Assembly: GCF_000143415.4 (NCBI RefSeq)
Contig: NW_003314294.1
Span: forward strand, 1,767,015 to 1,831,014
Direction of reading: 5' to 3'
Source: Selaginella moellendorffii
Lineage: Eukaryota; Plantae; Lycopodiophyta
Length of the DNA: 64,000 nucleotides
Shown here: positions 14,451-27,912 of the stretch, piece after piece
How positions within the stretch are numbered: position 1 is the first letter of the stretch
How the letters are laid out: the number at the start of each line of letters is the position of its first letter
Program-made: the position numbers and the translations under genes
The notes under the pieces: model-generated
Databases searched by the model: none
Seen by the model: only the letters and a program-made list of their open reading frames with translations
What the model was told of the DNA's origin: nothing

Positions 14451-16047
14451 TTGAAGCCGAATGGAGGCCGTGACAATCGAGGCCGGACTCGTTGGCGAAT
14501 GTGCACTGTGTGTGCAGCGGATCGTAGCAGCAAGGCTACTCTGCCACTTACAGTTGGAGAGTGGTGCTGAAATCTCCCGGGACGCCAAGTGGGCTGCGTG
14601 TGGGTGGTGGAGTGGGCGGCGGAGTTGGCGGCGAAGTTACAAACTGGGTGTGTCTTGAAGTGGACGCCGATGCACACGAGCGCGATGCGAGCGCGAGTGT
14701 GATGCAAGCGCGAGTGGACGCCGATGCACACGAGAAACCTGTAGAGAAGTGAGCGTGATCGCGAGTGGGAGCGCGATGCGAGCGGGAGCGCGAGTGTGAT
14801 GCGAGCGCGAGCGCGAGTGTGCGAGCGCGAGTACAAAGCAAAATGCAAAACCTAACCTCACACGCGCGAAATGTCACAACGGTTGGTAATCCCGCCACGT
14901 CATCATTCCTCGGACTTGGGCGCCACCATTAATTTCTGGATTGCCGCGCGCATGCAAGCACGCAAAATCCAAAAGAAATCCGCAACGTCATCATTCCTCG
15001 GACTGCATGCACGCGAAATCCAAAAGAAAGATCATGATTGGGATATCATTTAATACCCTCGCTATATTTATACCATGCATGATTGGATATTCCAAAGCAT
15101 CTTGTATTTCCAAAAATGGCAGATGTTCAGCTAAATAAAGAAATTCTATCTGTTTCTATTTTTCTCTCAAATCAATATTATAGCGTGTGGGCTCATGCAA
15201 TTTTGAACCAAAGAAACCCAAAAAACGTTGGACCCAAAATATTTTGAAAAAACCCAAAAAACCCTAAACATTTTAAACCCAAAAATCCAGGCGTCCTGTG
15301 GCGTTATTCCTTGAATGGCGTGTGGGCGCATGCCATTTTCAGGGCCAAATGCTGAATGGAAAAAAATTCCCTTTCAGTGCAAATGCTGCAAGAGGCAGAT
15401 GCCGAGCACAAAGGACTGTAACTACCTCACATGACACAGATAAACTTTTCTCTATTTGGCAAAGATAAACTTTATAGCGTGTGGGCTCATGCAATTTTGA
15501 ACCCAAAAAATGCACCAAAAAATTCTCGGCGTCATCTGGCATTATCTCTTGAATGGCGTGGGGCCGCATGCCATTTTCAGGGGCACATAGGAGTATATTC
15601 CTAGGATATTCTGACACGCGCGAGATTTTTTTGAGTTTTCTGGAGATCCAACCGTTAGATCGCAACTAGATTTTATAGAATGGTATACAATGTCTTTCTT
15701 GATGACCCTGCAAAGAAGCATCTCAATCGGACACCACATGAGACCACACGAGCCTTACAATGTTTCAGGGGCATTTGCCATAGATCCGACCGTTATTTTG
15801 CTCCAAGATTTCACAGTTTGGTGTGCATTGACCTTTCCATCGAAACTGCAAAGGGACATCACAATCAGATGCGGGATCACAAGAAACTAACTTCACTAAC
15901 TCTGGTTTCACCAAGATCTACGTAAGGAGTTATGAAATGAAAGGACCCTCTCTATTGAAATGTGTTTATGGTCCTAGGGGCATTGTGACATATCAAAGGA
16001 TTTTGCATCAAGTTCTGTATTTGCATGTTTATCAAGCTACTGAATTG

Positions 16048-16080
16048 CTAAACCCTAAACCCTAAACCCTAAACCCTAAA
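16048..16080 (+). repeat. Plant telomeric repeat tract CTAAA(CCCTAAA)4
   Basis: Directly visible; same tract at 54032-54064. Confidence 0.9.
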
Positions 16081-16532
16081 CATGTGGCAAATGCTGCGTG
16101 AAGAAAGATGCCCTTTCTGGGCAAATGCTGTAAGAGGCAGATGCCGAGCAGATGTATCTCAGGCTAGCGAAGGGGACGAACGAAAGCTAGCTATAAACAT
16201 GACGGGATGCAAATAGATTACTAGGCTGGTCCTACGAAAATCAAAAACCATAATTGAAAACATTGAAAATGCAAAAAGAAAGGTTTATAATATTTTTGAA
16301 TTTTAGGCAACCAAAGGAATGTAAGTAGGGCATGTGTTTGTAAGTTTAAAAATGCCTCAACCACTTAAATTCCCAAGTAAATAAAGTTGTTTCTATTTTT
16401 GGTACAGGTAAACTTTATAGCGTGTGGGCTCATGCAATTTTGAACCCAAAAATGCACCAAAAAATGCTCGACTAGCATTATTCTTTGAATGGCGTGTGGC
16501 CTTATGTCGAGCATTATTCTTTGAATGGCGTG

Positions 16533-16632
16533 NNNNNNNNNNNNNNNNNNNNNNNNNNNNNNNNNNNNNNNNNNNNNNNNNNNNNNNNNNNNNNNNNNNN
16601 NNNNNNNNNNNNNNNNNNNNNNNNNNNNNNNN
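16533..16632. other. Assembly gap (100 N placeholder)
   Basis: Run of N. Comparison with intact copies implies about 2.4-2.5 kb is missing. Confidence 0.95.
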
Positions 16633-19600
16633 TCGGATTCGGTCTCGGACTCGATCGCGGACCGATCTCGGACCGATCTCGGGCCCGACTCGGACTCGAT
16701 TCGGACTCGGTCTCGGACCCGATTCGGATCTCGGACTCCGTCTCGAACTCGGTCTCGAACTCGGACTCGAACTCGGTCCCCGAGTCGGTCTCGGACTCGA
16801 TTCCGGACTCTATCTCGAACTCGGTCCTAGAGTCGGTCTTGGACTCGATCTTTGACTTGGTCCCATCCGATGAACTCTTTGTCATTTTGGTCATGCTTTC
16901 GGGGTTCCTTTAGCCTACGACACCTCGGCGAGTTGGTTCCTTACAACTCCACCACCCATAGAAGAAGTTCGATGCCCACATCGAACGTCTCGTTTTATCC
17001 TACGACTTGTTGACCATGTCTCCGGGGGCATCCCCCCCACTTAGCGGTGTGCCTAAGTTAGCCTCCCCGGCCAAGAGCTCATGACAACGGAATATAGGTG
17101 TCCCTATACTCCCCACCTCACCACGCCCTAGTATAGGGTCGGGACTTGAACCCAGCCTTGCTTTACTAGGGGGTTGGGACTCGAACCCAACCTCCGTAGA
17201 ATACGTCTACGGATTCGACATCCCCGCAGGGAGTCGGGCGTAGCTCCCTACGCCTGGTCGACCTAGCTAACCCATGCTAATTAGCTTACCTTCGGCGCGC
17301 CTTCGGGTCCCAACATATGCCATTGCTCAACTTCTCAAATTGATACTTTTAATTGAACTTTGCACAAGTACATAGAGTTCTGCCATGCAGAAATTCCTCC
17401 ACTAGATCTCGCGCGTTCGCTAGGTTCTCCTCCGGTTCCCATGTTGCTTCGCAGTGTGGAAATCCTTTCCACTTCACATGGAACTCTCTCACCTCGCGTC
17501 CTTGTCGCTTGCTCTTGCGCGCATTGAGGATGGCCTCGACTTCGTATTCCTCTTCCCCTTGGATAACCTCGGGTAGAGGTCTTACTTGGTCCTTGCGAAG
17601 CGGATCCTCAAAGTACGGCTTGAGTAAGTTCACGTGGAACACTGGGTGCATCTTCCCCATCTCTCGAGGAAGTCGGAGTCAGTAAGCCACTTTACCAATT
17701 CGTGCCTCAATCTCGTAAGGCCCCGCGAACCTGCTTAAGGAACTCAAGATCAATTCATTTACAGGAATACATGCATTTTTACCTTTGGGTCAACTTTCGG
17801 CTGATCCCACTTGGTAGCCTGAGGTTCTTGGTGTTCAGCCACACCTTCTCCCCAGCTTGGAACTCCACATCCCGACGCTTTTGGTTCGCGTACTTGGTTT
17901 GCCTTTGTTGAGCTCGTTCCAAGGAATCCCTCACTAGATTCCAAATGTTGAGTCTTTCCGCCGTGAATGCCTCCACTGCGGGTAACTCTCCATGATACTC
18001 GGCCACGCCGAGTTCCACAGGACCTTCAATAGCTCGCCCATTGATGACTTCCCATGGACTCACCCCGATGCTCGAATGTGGTGAGTTGTTATAACACATT
18101 TCCGCAAGTCCCAAATGACTTACCCAGTCGGTCTGGTCTCCCGAGACATAGCATCGCAAATAATCCTCCAGCTGCCTATTCACCCTTTCCGTTTGTCCGT
18201 CTGTCAAGAAGTGTTAGTGCCATCAATCTTGACTTAATACCCATTACCTGTCTGTGGGTGATAGGCTGTGCTGAATTTCAACTTGGTGCGATACTGTTCT
18301 AGGAGTGTCCTCCAGAACCTACTAGTGAAGATCTTATCTCGATCTGAGATAATCTCTTCCGGCCTTCCCCGCACTCGAACCACTTGTTCGAAGAACAGCT
18401 TCGCCACACCTTCCGCATCCACGTCCGTTGTGGTGGGTATGAAATGTGCCATCTTTGAAAATCGGTCCACCACCACGAATATCGCATCGAACCCCTCGCT
18501 TGGGGGTAGTCCCGTGATGAAGTCCATCGTGAGACATTTCCACGGACGATCTGGAATGGGGATGCTTTGCAACAAGCCCCCACTAGCCTTCGTCACGGCT
18601 TTGACTTGCTGACATATTGGGCATGTCTTTACATAGTCTTGGACGTCCTTAGCCATATCTGGCCAATGGTACTTCCTTTTGAGTAAGCCCATCGTCTTGG
18701 GCACTCCGCCGTGTCCCGCGAGAGGTCCGTCATGACACTCTTCCAAGGCTACCTTCCTTAGTTCCCCTTCTGGAACATACACCCTCGTTTGCTTGTAATA
18801 AATGAGTCCGTTGCGTTCCGCATAGCCCGTTTTCTCTTCCGTTGGCAGCTCACCTCTCTGGTGAGCTTCCCGCGCCTCCAGATTCCTCAACAACACTTCT
18901 TGTGCTAGACCATCGTTCTCATATGCTGTCCGCACATCGTCCCAGAAGGTTGCTGTTGCGCTGGAGATCGCCAACCTCAAGCTCGCTTTTCGACTTAGCG
19001 CATCTGCCACGATGTTGCTCTTCCCAGGCTTGTACAGGATCTCGCAATCAAACTCGGCCAAAGCATTGGCCCACTGACCTTGTTTTCCCCTTAGGTCGGG
19101 CTGTGACAAGAAGTGTTTCGTTGCCACATTGTCCGTGTAAACCTTGAAGTGTCTCCCAAGGTAGTGTCGCCACTCCTTGAGTGCCTTGACCACCGCAAAC
19201 AATTCCTTCTCGTGGGCAGGCCACTTCCGTTGAGCCTTGTCCAGCTTCTTCGAGAAGAACGCTACTGGATGGTTGTCTTGCTTCAAAACTGCGCCCAACG
19301 CAAAGTCCGAAGCATCCGTGTCTACCTCAAAGTCCTTACCAAAGTCTGGTAATGCCAACACCGGAGCCTTCCTCAACTTCCCTTTGAGGTGGACGAATGC
19401 CGCCTCGCATTCCGCTGTCCATACCATCTTCCCTTTTCCTGTTTGGTCTGTTAAGGGCAGGGCTACTCTCGAATAGTGTCTGATAAACTTTCGATAGTAG
19501 TTGCATAGCCCCAGGAATGCCCTCAACTCATGTACATTCGATGGTCGCTCCCATTCCTGGATCGCTTGGACCTTCTCCGGGTCCACCTTGAGCCCGTCCT

Positions 19601-22600
19601 GGCCCACCACATGCCCGAGAAACTTTACCTCTTGTTGAGCAAAGTCACATTTGCTCTCTTTAGCATACAGTTTATGTTCCCTTAGTTTCTCAAACACCTT
19701 CGCCAAGTGTTCGGCATGCTCCTCTAGCGTCTCGCTATAGATCAGGATGTCGTCAATATAGACGACCACGAAGTGATCCAGATAGGGTACAAAGACGTGG
19801 TTCATCAACGCCGAAAACGTTGCCGGCGCATTGCACAGCCCAAAGGGCATCACCAAAAACTCGAAGCTCCCATACCTCGTTCGACAGGTTGTCTTCTCGA
19901 CATCTTCCTCAGCTACCCTGATCTGGTAGTATCCTGACCTTAGGTCAATCCTCGAAAAGTATTTTGCCTTTCCCAACCTATCGAACAGGTCCTCAATCCT
20001 TGGCAAAGGGTACTTGTTCTTCTTGGTATACTTGTTGAGCAACCGGTAGTCTATGCACATGCGCATAGATCCATCTTTCTTTTTCACAAATAATACCGGC
20101 GCCCCATACGGCGACTTGCTCAACCTGACATACCCTTTGCCCACCAACTCCTCTAGTTGGCACTTGAGCTCCTTGAGTTCTTTTTCGTTCAAACGATAGG
20201 GTGGACGAACCACCGCCTCAGCGCCCTCGACCAGCTCAATCTTATGTTCTATCGGTCGTGCGGGGGGCAACCCCGCCGGTAGCTCCTCCGGCATGGTATC
20301 CTGGAATTGGTCCAGCACTTGCTGGATCACTAAAGGTATTTCTTCCGTTCTTGTCCTTTTGTCACTCTTCACCGAGAGTAAGCACAAAAAGGCTGCTTTA
20401 GTTCCTTTAGTGAGTTGTCCTCTCGTGGACACCAGGTTTAAGCATGACTCTTTGGCCTTGCTTTGCCCTACCTTTAGATCCTGGGCCTCCACCCTAGATC
20501 TTCTTCCTTGGGCATTCGCCAATACCACAAGGTTCCTACCTTGTCCATGCAGGGCTACCACGAATCGATTAAACCAATCCATTCCGAAGATCACGTCAAA
20601 TCCCGCCATGTCCAAGACGGTGAAATCCATGTCCACTTTCCATGTCCCCACTTCGACTCTCGCTTGTCGAAGTACCTCATCGGTGCTTTGGCTACCTTGA
20701 ACAAATTCTATAGTCCTTGGTTCGCCTAGCCGCTGCACCGTTAGTCCGGCTTGCCGGACTATGTCTGCAGCCACAAAATTATCCGAAGCACCCGTGTCAA
20801 TAAGGATCTTAACAAAGCTACCTCCGAGCTTCCCTCGGAGGGCTAGTAGATGTCGCGAACGACTCTCTACCAAAGTTGCTCGTGTAATGAGTAACTTTGA
20901 GTTAGGGACTGGATCACATACCTCAATTTGGACTTCACCCGACTTGATGGCCATATTGGCTCTGGCCTTCTTCGGGTAGGGACATTCCCTCGAGAAGTGT
21001 CCCGCTTCGCCGCAGTTGTAGCATACGTTGTTGCCCACGCTGCTATACGACTTGACCTTCTTATCCGTGGGTTTGTCTTTTTTCGCTTGACTTCCCCACA
21101 TACTCGCTCGCTGGCCACCGGATTTGCCTTTCCGGAACCCCGAGGACTCATTCTTAGAGAAACTCTTCTTGAATTTCCCCCTACTATATGTTCCCCTTGG
21201 TTTGGCCCCTGTGCTAAACGTGGATCCCGACCCCGTCGTGTTCCCCTTTCGCAGGTTATCGTTGAAATGCACCTTGATGGCCGCATCCAACGCTTCCTTG
21301 TAGTTGGTCGGGTTCCAGCGCATCACCTCACCGCGAGCCCAGGTTTGCAAACCTGATATGAAGGCATGGAACGCATCCATATCCCCCATGTCCGTGACAA
21401 GTATCCTCTTTGCCATGAACCCATTCACATATTCCTGGATGGTTCCAGTCTGCTTCAGCCTACTCAGTTCATCCCTCAGATGCAGAGTGGCATTCGGAGG
21501 AACATATGTTGCGCGGATCCTCGCCTTCATCATGTCCCAAGTGACCACCGGTCCTTCATTGGCCTCCGTTGTTCTCCACCAAGACTTGGCATTATCTGCC
21601 AAGTATGGTTTTGCACATGGGACCTTCTCCGAACTCGGTAACCGCAACGCTCGGAAGTAGTCCTCCATATCGTAAAACCAATCCTCCACCACCTTATAGT
21701 CATTCACTCCCTTGAAGACCGGTGGGGGCTTTGGTTTGTACTTGGGAACTGCCTGAGGGACTGATTCCACTTCAGTCTGTTCGACCTTGTCTAGTTTTGC
21801 CTCAGTCCCTGCCGAAGGGTCCGCACCTTCTGCGCTGCTAGCATCCGCAGTCTTTTTCTTTTTCTTCCGCCTCTCGTCACGCTTTAGCTTGCGTACGAGA
21901 GTTTCCAGCAGGGTATTGGTCTGTGCCAACTGTCCTTCTAGCACGTCCAATCGAGCCTTGGACGACCGAACCTCGCCACCGGACTCCTGTTTGGAAGTTT
22001 CCTCACTAGAATCCTCCTCATGCAAGGATTCCTCATCCATAGCCTCTTGTTCGACTGGAGGCTCCAGCTCCGGCGGAGGTTCCGTCTCCGCCTGGGTTCG
22101 CTTACGTCCTGCCCTTGCCATCTCCCAGCAATCCGCCTCTATCCTTCGCTAGAACTGAGATAAAGGCTCCGATACCAAATTGTAAGCCACAAATTTTTCT
22201 TTTCCAATTTGCCAGCTTACCTCGTCTATCCGTCCAACACTGCCTTGGCTTTTGCTAAGTTCCCTCGCCAAGGTTCTCGCCTATGGTACCAGCTCCTACT
22301 TGGTTTCAGCTACTCACTGCACGAGCAATGGAGTGTTAGCCATCCTTCCACGGATTCCCAAATCACTCCCAATCCCCCTCCCCGGGTTAGACTGGACTAA
22401 GGTTCGGCTACACTCCCCGCAAGCACAAGCAGCCAAGCACACCAAGCTTCCAGGTTCCTAACATCCCTTGGTACCACAAGACTTGATCATGGGACCTTCT
22501 AAATCCCAAGTCTTGAGTGCAACACTTGCTTCGGGACGTCGGGGCGAAACACCGTGGCCTAGCGGCCCGGTATGGGTACCTCTCGCCCCCCACTTCCATC

Positions 22601-23327
22601 CCGAAGGAAGGCCCAAGCCCCTAGGAAGGGCGAGGACCAATGAGCCGCATGGTACTCAAGTGGGGCACCACTCCACATGAGCCGGGAGCACCGCAATCGG
22701 TTTCCCTTTCGGGAGTGGGAGCTGCTCTTGAGCACTTCCTTGGATGGCCCCTCTGGCACCAGCCAAGTCCATGCTCACTCCCACCCAAGGCCCCTTAGTC
22801 CCAGTCCCAACCTCAAGTCAGTTTGGAAGCCCAACTGGAGAGTCCCTTCAAAACTGGTTCCTGGACCTCACTATCCCTACTATACTTTTGGAACCCCCTG
22901 CAGCCCCCCCCCCCTGGGGGACGCACGCTTTGGGCTTTCACCCCTTGACCCGTATTAGTATTTGGACTTAGTCTCTGGCTCGATCTCGGATCCGATTTCG
23001 GATCCGACTTCGGATTCGGTCTCGGACTCGATCGCGGACTCGATCTCGGACCCGATCTCGGGCCCGACCTCGGACTCGACTTCGGACTCGGTCTCGGACC
23101 CGATTTCGGATCTCGGACTCCGTCTCGAACTCGGTCTCGAACTCGGACTCGAACTCGGTCCCCGAGTCGGTCTCGGACTCGATTCCGGACTCTATCTCGA
23201 ACTCGGTCCTAGAGTCGGTCTTGGACTCGATCTTTGACTTGGTCCCATCCGATGAACTCTTTGTCATTTTGGTCATGCTTTCGGGGTTCCTTTAGCCTAC
23301 GACACCTCGGCGAGTTGGTTCCTTACA
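16633..23327 (-). mobile_element. Ty3/gypsy chromovirus LTR retrotransposon, copy A, inserted in the copy-2 transposase
   Basis: 5' LTR 22181-23327; PBS 22165-22177; partial 3' LTR 16633-16945; transposase sequence resumes at 23328 (CCTGG, predicted TSD). Confidence 0.93.
17349..22121 (-). CDS. Gag-pol polyprotein (gag, CCHC, protease, RT, RNase H, integrase, chromodomain); 3 predicted exons; one late nonsense codon
   Basis: Exons 22121-18248, 18200-17783, 17730-17349 give 1557 codons. Motifs [42 protein letters not shown], chromodomain [24 protein letters not shown] at 17679-17681. Confidence 0.88.
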
Positions 23328-25718
23328 CCTGGAAGGCAGCTCGCAATTTTGTGTATGAGGCATTACGGTCATCTGTTGATGCTTCAGAACATCAGGTGGG
23401 GGGCATGGTCTTCCAGAGGGGTTTGGTCTGCATGAAGGCATGGAGAATCATTTATGGAGTCCCTCGAAGCACATTCTGCAGAATCAAAACTGAGTTCGAG
23501 GAACAAAGGGTTCAACAGGCAGTCCATGGGAACGACGGTACGCACAAAACCAGGGGTCATGTTGTATATGGAGAGGCAATCTTCAAGAGGTTTGTCGAGA
23601 CATGTAGCGAGCAGCAACCACATAAAACCCGCCTCTTGGAAGATGGAACACGAGACACCCAACGAGTTCTCCCTTCCATGTATACCAAGGGGGCCATATT
23701 GGAAGATGTGAATCGGGAACTCCAGAGTAATGGCTACAGGAAGCTGAGCCAATCTAGATTTAGTAGATTGTGGAGCAACAGGTTCAGGGATGTGAGTATA
23801 GGAAAGTACTCCAGCTTTTCAAAGTGTGACGAGTGCACTGCTATCAAAATGGCTTTGTCGAAGAATTCTTGCAGCGCTCAAGAGCGAGAGACGTTGGTTA
23901 GAAGGCGGCTCGACCACAACATCGAGCAGAGAAGCTGCAGGACTGCATATTATCATAACAGGATTCTCTCCATGGAGAGACCTGACTCTTACCTCTGCAT
24001 CATCCACGACAAAATGGACCAGAAAAAGACGTGCTTACCTCGACTCAATCCTGCCCCCAAGGCAATCTCTTCATCCATGCAGCTGCCTGTGTCTCTGTTT
24101 GGCATAATCGCTCATGGGCATGGTGCCCAGAACTATGGGAACTTCTTTGTACCTCTATGGGGTGGCGGGGGTGCAAACATGATGATTGCGTCCCTAGCAA
24201 AACACTTAAGGTCTCTGCAAAGTGCGCAGACTGAGCTGAACGGCCAACCCTTGCATAAGGCCCTTGTCGATCGAACCCCATACAGGGTTCAGCTGGAGGA
24301 GGAGCAAAGGCTTGCAGTATCGCGTGGGGCCCCATGCCATCCCAGTGAATATGTTGGCCGTCAGATTGTAGGGTTATCACGTGAGGCCTCATGCCATTCC
24401 GACGAGGCTGGTCGCCCGGTGAATACACAGCCTCATCCAAACGAAGCAGAATCTCAAGGAAGTTCTTGCGGCCGATGTGGCCTTCCACCCCATCTTCTGC
24501 TCCAAACAGACAATGCTGGCAGTGAGAACAAAAACATGTACGTCTTCGCGTACTTGGCGATGCTTGTTGCCAAAGGCATATTTGAAACGGTTACACTTGG
24601 CTTTCTCATGGTTGGGCACACTCATGAAGACGTCGATGCCATGTTCAGTCACCTGGCAGAGTCCCTCCGGCGATCCAATGTCCTCACCCTCCCACAACTC
24701 TACGATGAATTCCAAAATTGCATCAAAGGCACTGTTGAAGCTGCACTTCTGACAGAGGTTCCAGACTTTAAGGGGTTTGTAAGAGGCTACATCAGGGATG
24801 GATCCGAAACGCTGATTGGCCACTCCAAGCCTCTTCAGTTTCATTTCAGCATGTGTGACGGTGCTCCAGTGATGAGGTACAAGATGAGAGAATGGGACAC
24901 AGTGTGGCTGCCAGTGGACGGCATTGAACTCTTCAAGAGAGATCCCATAACTGGGGAACCTATGATTCCTCAGGGTTCCCCACGGCCGATGCACCCGGAT
25001 GGACTCAAAGACCAGGAAAGTATAGTGGCCGGGATTAGACAGCATATTGCCTTCTGGAAGAGGGGGTTGGTGTTTGGTGGAGAATCCTATTTTCAGAGGT
25101 GCAAGCCTTTGCTCGAATACTGGGAGAAGATTATATCTGCTATCCAAAATGGGCCGGTTGTATATGAAGAATTGGAAGAGTCCTTTTGGCCAGAACCCAG
25201 AGCACCAGATAGTAGCGGAACAATGTCCTCTGGAAATGCAGTGACAGATAACGATGTTGAGGATCACTATTGTGGGCCGAGGAACAAGAAGCCGGATTCA
25301 GCATTCAATCCAGTACAGGTCTGCAAAGGAATGGTCGTGCTTGTCAGACCCAGTAATAAAAAACAAATGATATGGGTGGGGCGCTGCATCACTGATGCAG
25401 AGGAGGACGCGGAAACTAACTCCTTCAATGTAACTGTGGAGTGGTTCAAGCCAAGTTCCGGATATACGAAGGATTGCCTAGAAAAGAGATGGGTGCTGAA
25501 TCCAAGGGATCCCAGCATGAGCATATCGGTGGATAATGTTGTGCATGGTTGGATGCGGAAGCAGAGTGCCACCATCACCTTGCCAGACCATGCAAGAGAT
25601 GCAGCAAGAGCATTCATAACTCGGGTTCAAGGTGAGATTCATTAATATTCCTTTACAAAGTTTCTAATGTATTTTATTTCAAGGTGAACAATCCGAATCT
25701 GAATCAGAGGAGGCTTGA
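23328..25718 (+). pseudogene. Sola-like transposase, copy 2, 3' portion downstream of the LTR insertion (catalytic core still open)
   Basis: No stop from 23328 to 25645; first ATG at 23405; all three predicted catalytic Asp motifs present. Confidence 0.8.
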
Positions 25719-26851
25719 TATAGTGTGTGAGGTAAAACAAAGATGATGTGACATATGCATTTACCAATCACATGTGCATAAATCTAATAATATGGCGTGT
25801 GGCCCATATTAATGGCACATAAACCCATATTGTGGGCTTACGTGCTTTATGTACCATCATTCCCTTGCAGCGTGTGTGTTGGTTTCCTTTTATAACACAA
25901 CGAACTCCATATTTTAGGGTGAAGAGCGTTCTCATGGCAAGCACAAAATCTGTAAGTGAGGCAGAAAAGGAGACGGAGAAGGAGATAGGTGAAGATGTAG
26001 AATATATAAGTCTTCCAAACTCCCCGTACTATACTCCAGGTGATCATTTTTCTGAACAAACGGCAACATTAACAACTATCGAGAACGCCCCAGTAACGTC
26101 AGAGACAACAATCCAAAACAAAACAACTGACCCGGAGAAGGATGATAGTACCGCTGAGAGTACCAAAAAGGAGGTGTCCACTAGCGCTTAGGCTTATAAT
26201 GGCGTGTGGCCTCATGCCATTTACTTGATCACCAAATACCTTTTTCCCTTTGCACTAGTATATCTTAATACCGGTCTGAGAAATAGAATGGCATGTGCCC
26301 TCAGGCCTTTTACTAAATCACCTTTGAAAGAAATGCAAGCCTCTATGTCGTAAAAAAAAGGTACTAGAGAAATTCCTTAATAATATGAATGTTATTTAGT
26401 TTCATGAAAATACACTAAGGGTCAAATGAGTTAAATGACTTCTCCAGACTAGCAATGCCTCTTGCTACACCTTCACAATTAGATTCGTTAGAAAAAGATA
26501 ACATTGAATAATATCTAAATGTTCTCACCATTAAGTTATATGTCTGGCTAATAGGAATGATGTTCATCTTGGAAAGCTCACCACACGCTCAATGAACAAA
26601 CAAATAGTGTGTGCGCGCATGCCATCGCTCTTCTTTAGCTTCAGATTCGGCTTGTTCACCTTGACAATGAGATTTATTATACAACTAGATGGACTCAGTC
26701 TGGACATAAGGTCACCGCGCTAGTCACCATGCCCCAGATATGTCTAGCCCCTGGACAAAAAACATATAATTTCACGTCATTTTCAAATACTTGAAAATTT
26801 GTACCTAGTCCCATTTTACTGAATAAATCCCACTTTAACGAAATAGAGCTT

Positions 26852-27912
26852 TGTGGCCAAATTAGTCGCCTCGAAATCAAGTTTATCTTGAACGTCCTTA
26901 CTCAAATGCAATCCCAACTCCACCACTGTTCAAGGATGCCTTCCAAACATGGCAAAGTAAGGACTTAGCTTGGTTCCACTATGTTGGCTATTGTTGTAAG
27001 CAAATTGCACAAACGAAATATATAGATCCCACTGTCCTTGCCTTTGACCAATGCTGTAGTGCATGTGATCATGGGATGAGATTTGGATATACTGTCACCG
27101 TGGATCCTTGGAACCTTAGGGGATAAATGGGGATAAAATAGCCACTAAGGGCTCTCTCATCAAGCAATTGCCCCTTTTCCAGTTGGCTTAAGGGGAGAGA
27201 GATAAGGTGCGCTATAGTTGGTATCGGAGCAAATGGCACGGGTTCGATTCCCATTGATTAGTGGCTACTTAAAAGTATAATATACCCTTGAGCAAGGTAT
27301 ATTCCTACCCCTAAATTTGAAATCGTACATATTGGGCATCCATGCGTACGTCCTTCCTCTTGTGTGGAGTATCCACGGACGAAGGTATCCACCGTGGGAC
27401 TGCGGTACGGGTGGATGACTAGTTGCCTCACATGGAATAGCTGGTCTACACAATGGAAGGATTGGTAGATTGAGTGCGGAAATGGAGGTGCTGGTTCCCC
27501 TTGGCTCAGTAGGGGTTGTTAGTCAATAGTCAATGAGGACATTGACATCTCTGAAGGGGGGGTGAGTGTAGATCATCTCACCGTGGATCCTTGGAACCTT
27601 AGGGGATAAATAGGGATAAAATAACCACTAAAGGCTCTCTCATCAAGCAATTGCCCCTTTTCCAGTTGGCTTAAGGGGAGAGAGATAAGGTGCGCTATAA
27701 ATGCGGCAACGTAGCATATCCTCCACCACCTAATTCACATGCTCAGTTTGCCCATCTGTCTAAGGATGATTTTCACTCGAGAGTTTCAAAGTCACTTGCT
27801 CCAATACCAATGTTAGGATCCTATCCCTTACACCCCAAGCCACTGGTTAAAGGGGTGATCACTTGATTGCAGGGCCCTTTCTTATCCTATTATCCTGACC
27901 TGGTGCCTAACA
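26852..27912 (-). mobile_element. Old internally deleted Ty3/gypsy element, right half, with nested LTR fragments
   Basis: Minus strand has KLSSENHP*TDGQTEHVN at ~27730-27790, PBS-like TGGTATTGGAGC at 27798-27809, and a short TGTTAGG...CCTAACA LTR at 27811-27912. A ~120-bp direct repeat starts at ~27095 and ~27578. Confidence 0.6.

Larger units (their letters stand above)
8444..26851 (+). mobile_element. Sola-like giant DNA transposon, copy 2 (contains a nested chromovirus and the assembly gap)
   Basis: 24-bp perfect TIRs at 8444-8467 and 26828-26851; 4-bp TSD TGTG at 8440-8443 and 26852-26855; colinear with 46413-59634. Confidence 0.93.

Noticed and set aside
16048-16080. Telomere repeats as a chromosome end or healing site
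   Set aside because: Internal to the transposon and identical in two copies.
16505-16700. Short duplication and LTR variants flanking the N gap
   Set aside because: Likely low-quality contig ends.
8444-26851. Classification as CACTA, MULE or hAT, or as a segmental duplication
   Set aside because: Ends are not CACTA, the TSD is 4 bp rather than 3, 8 or 9, and each copy has its own flanks.
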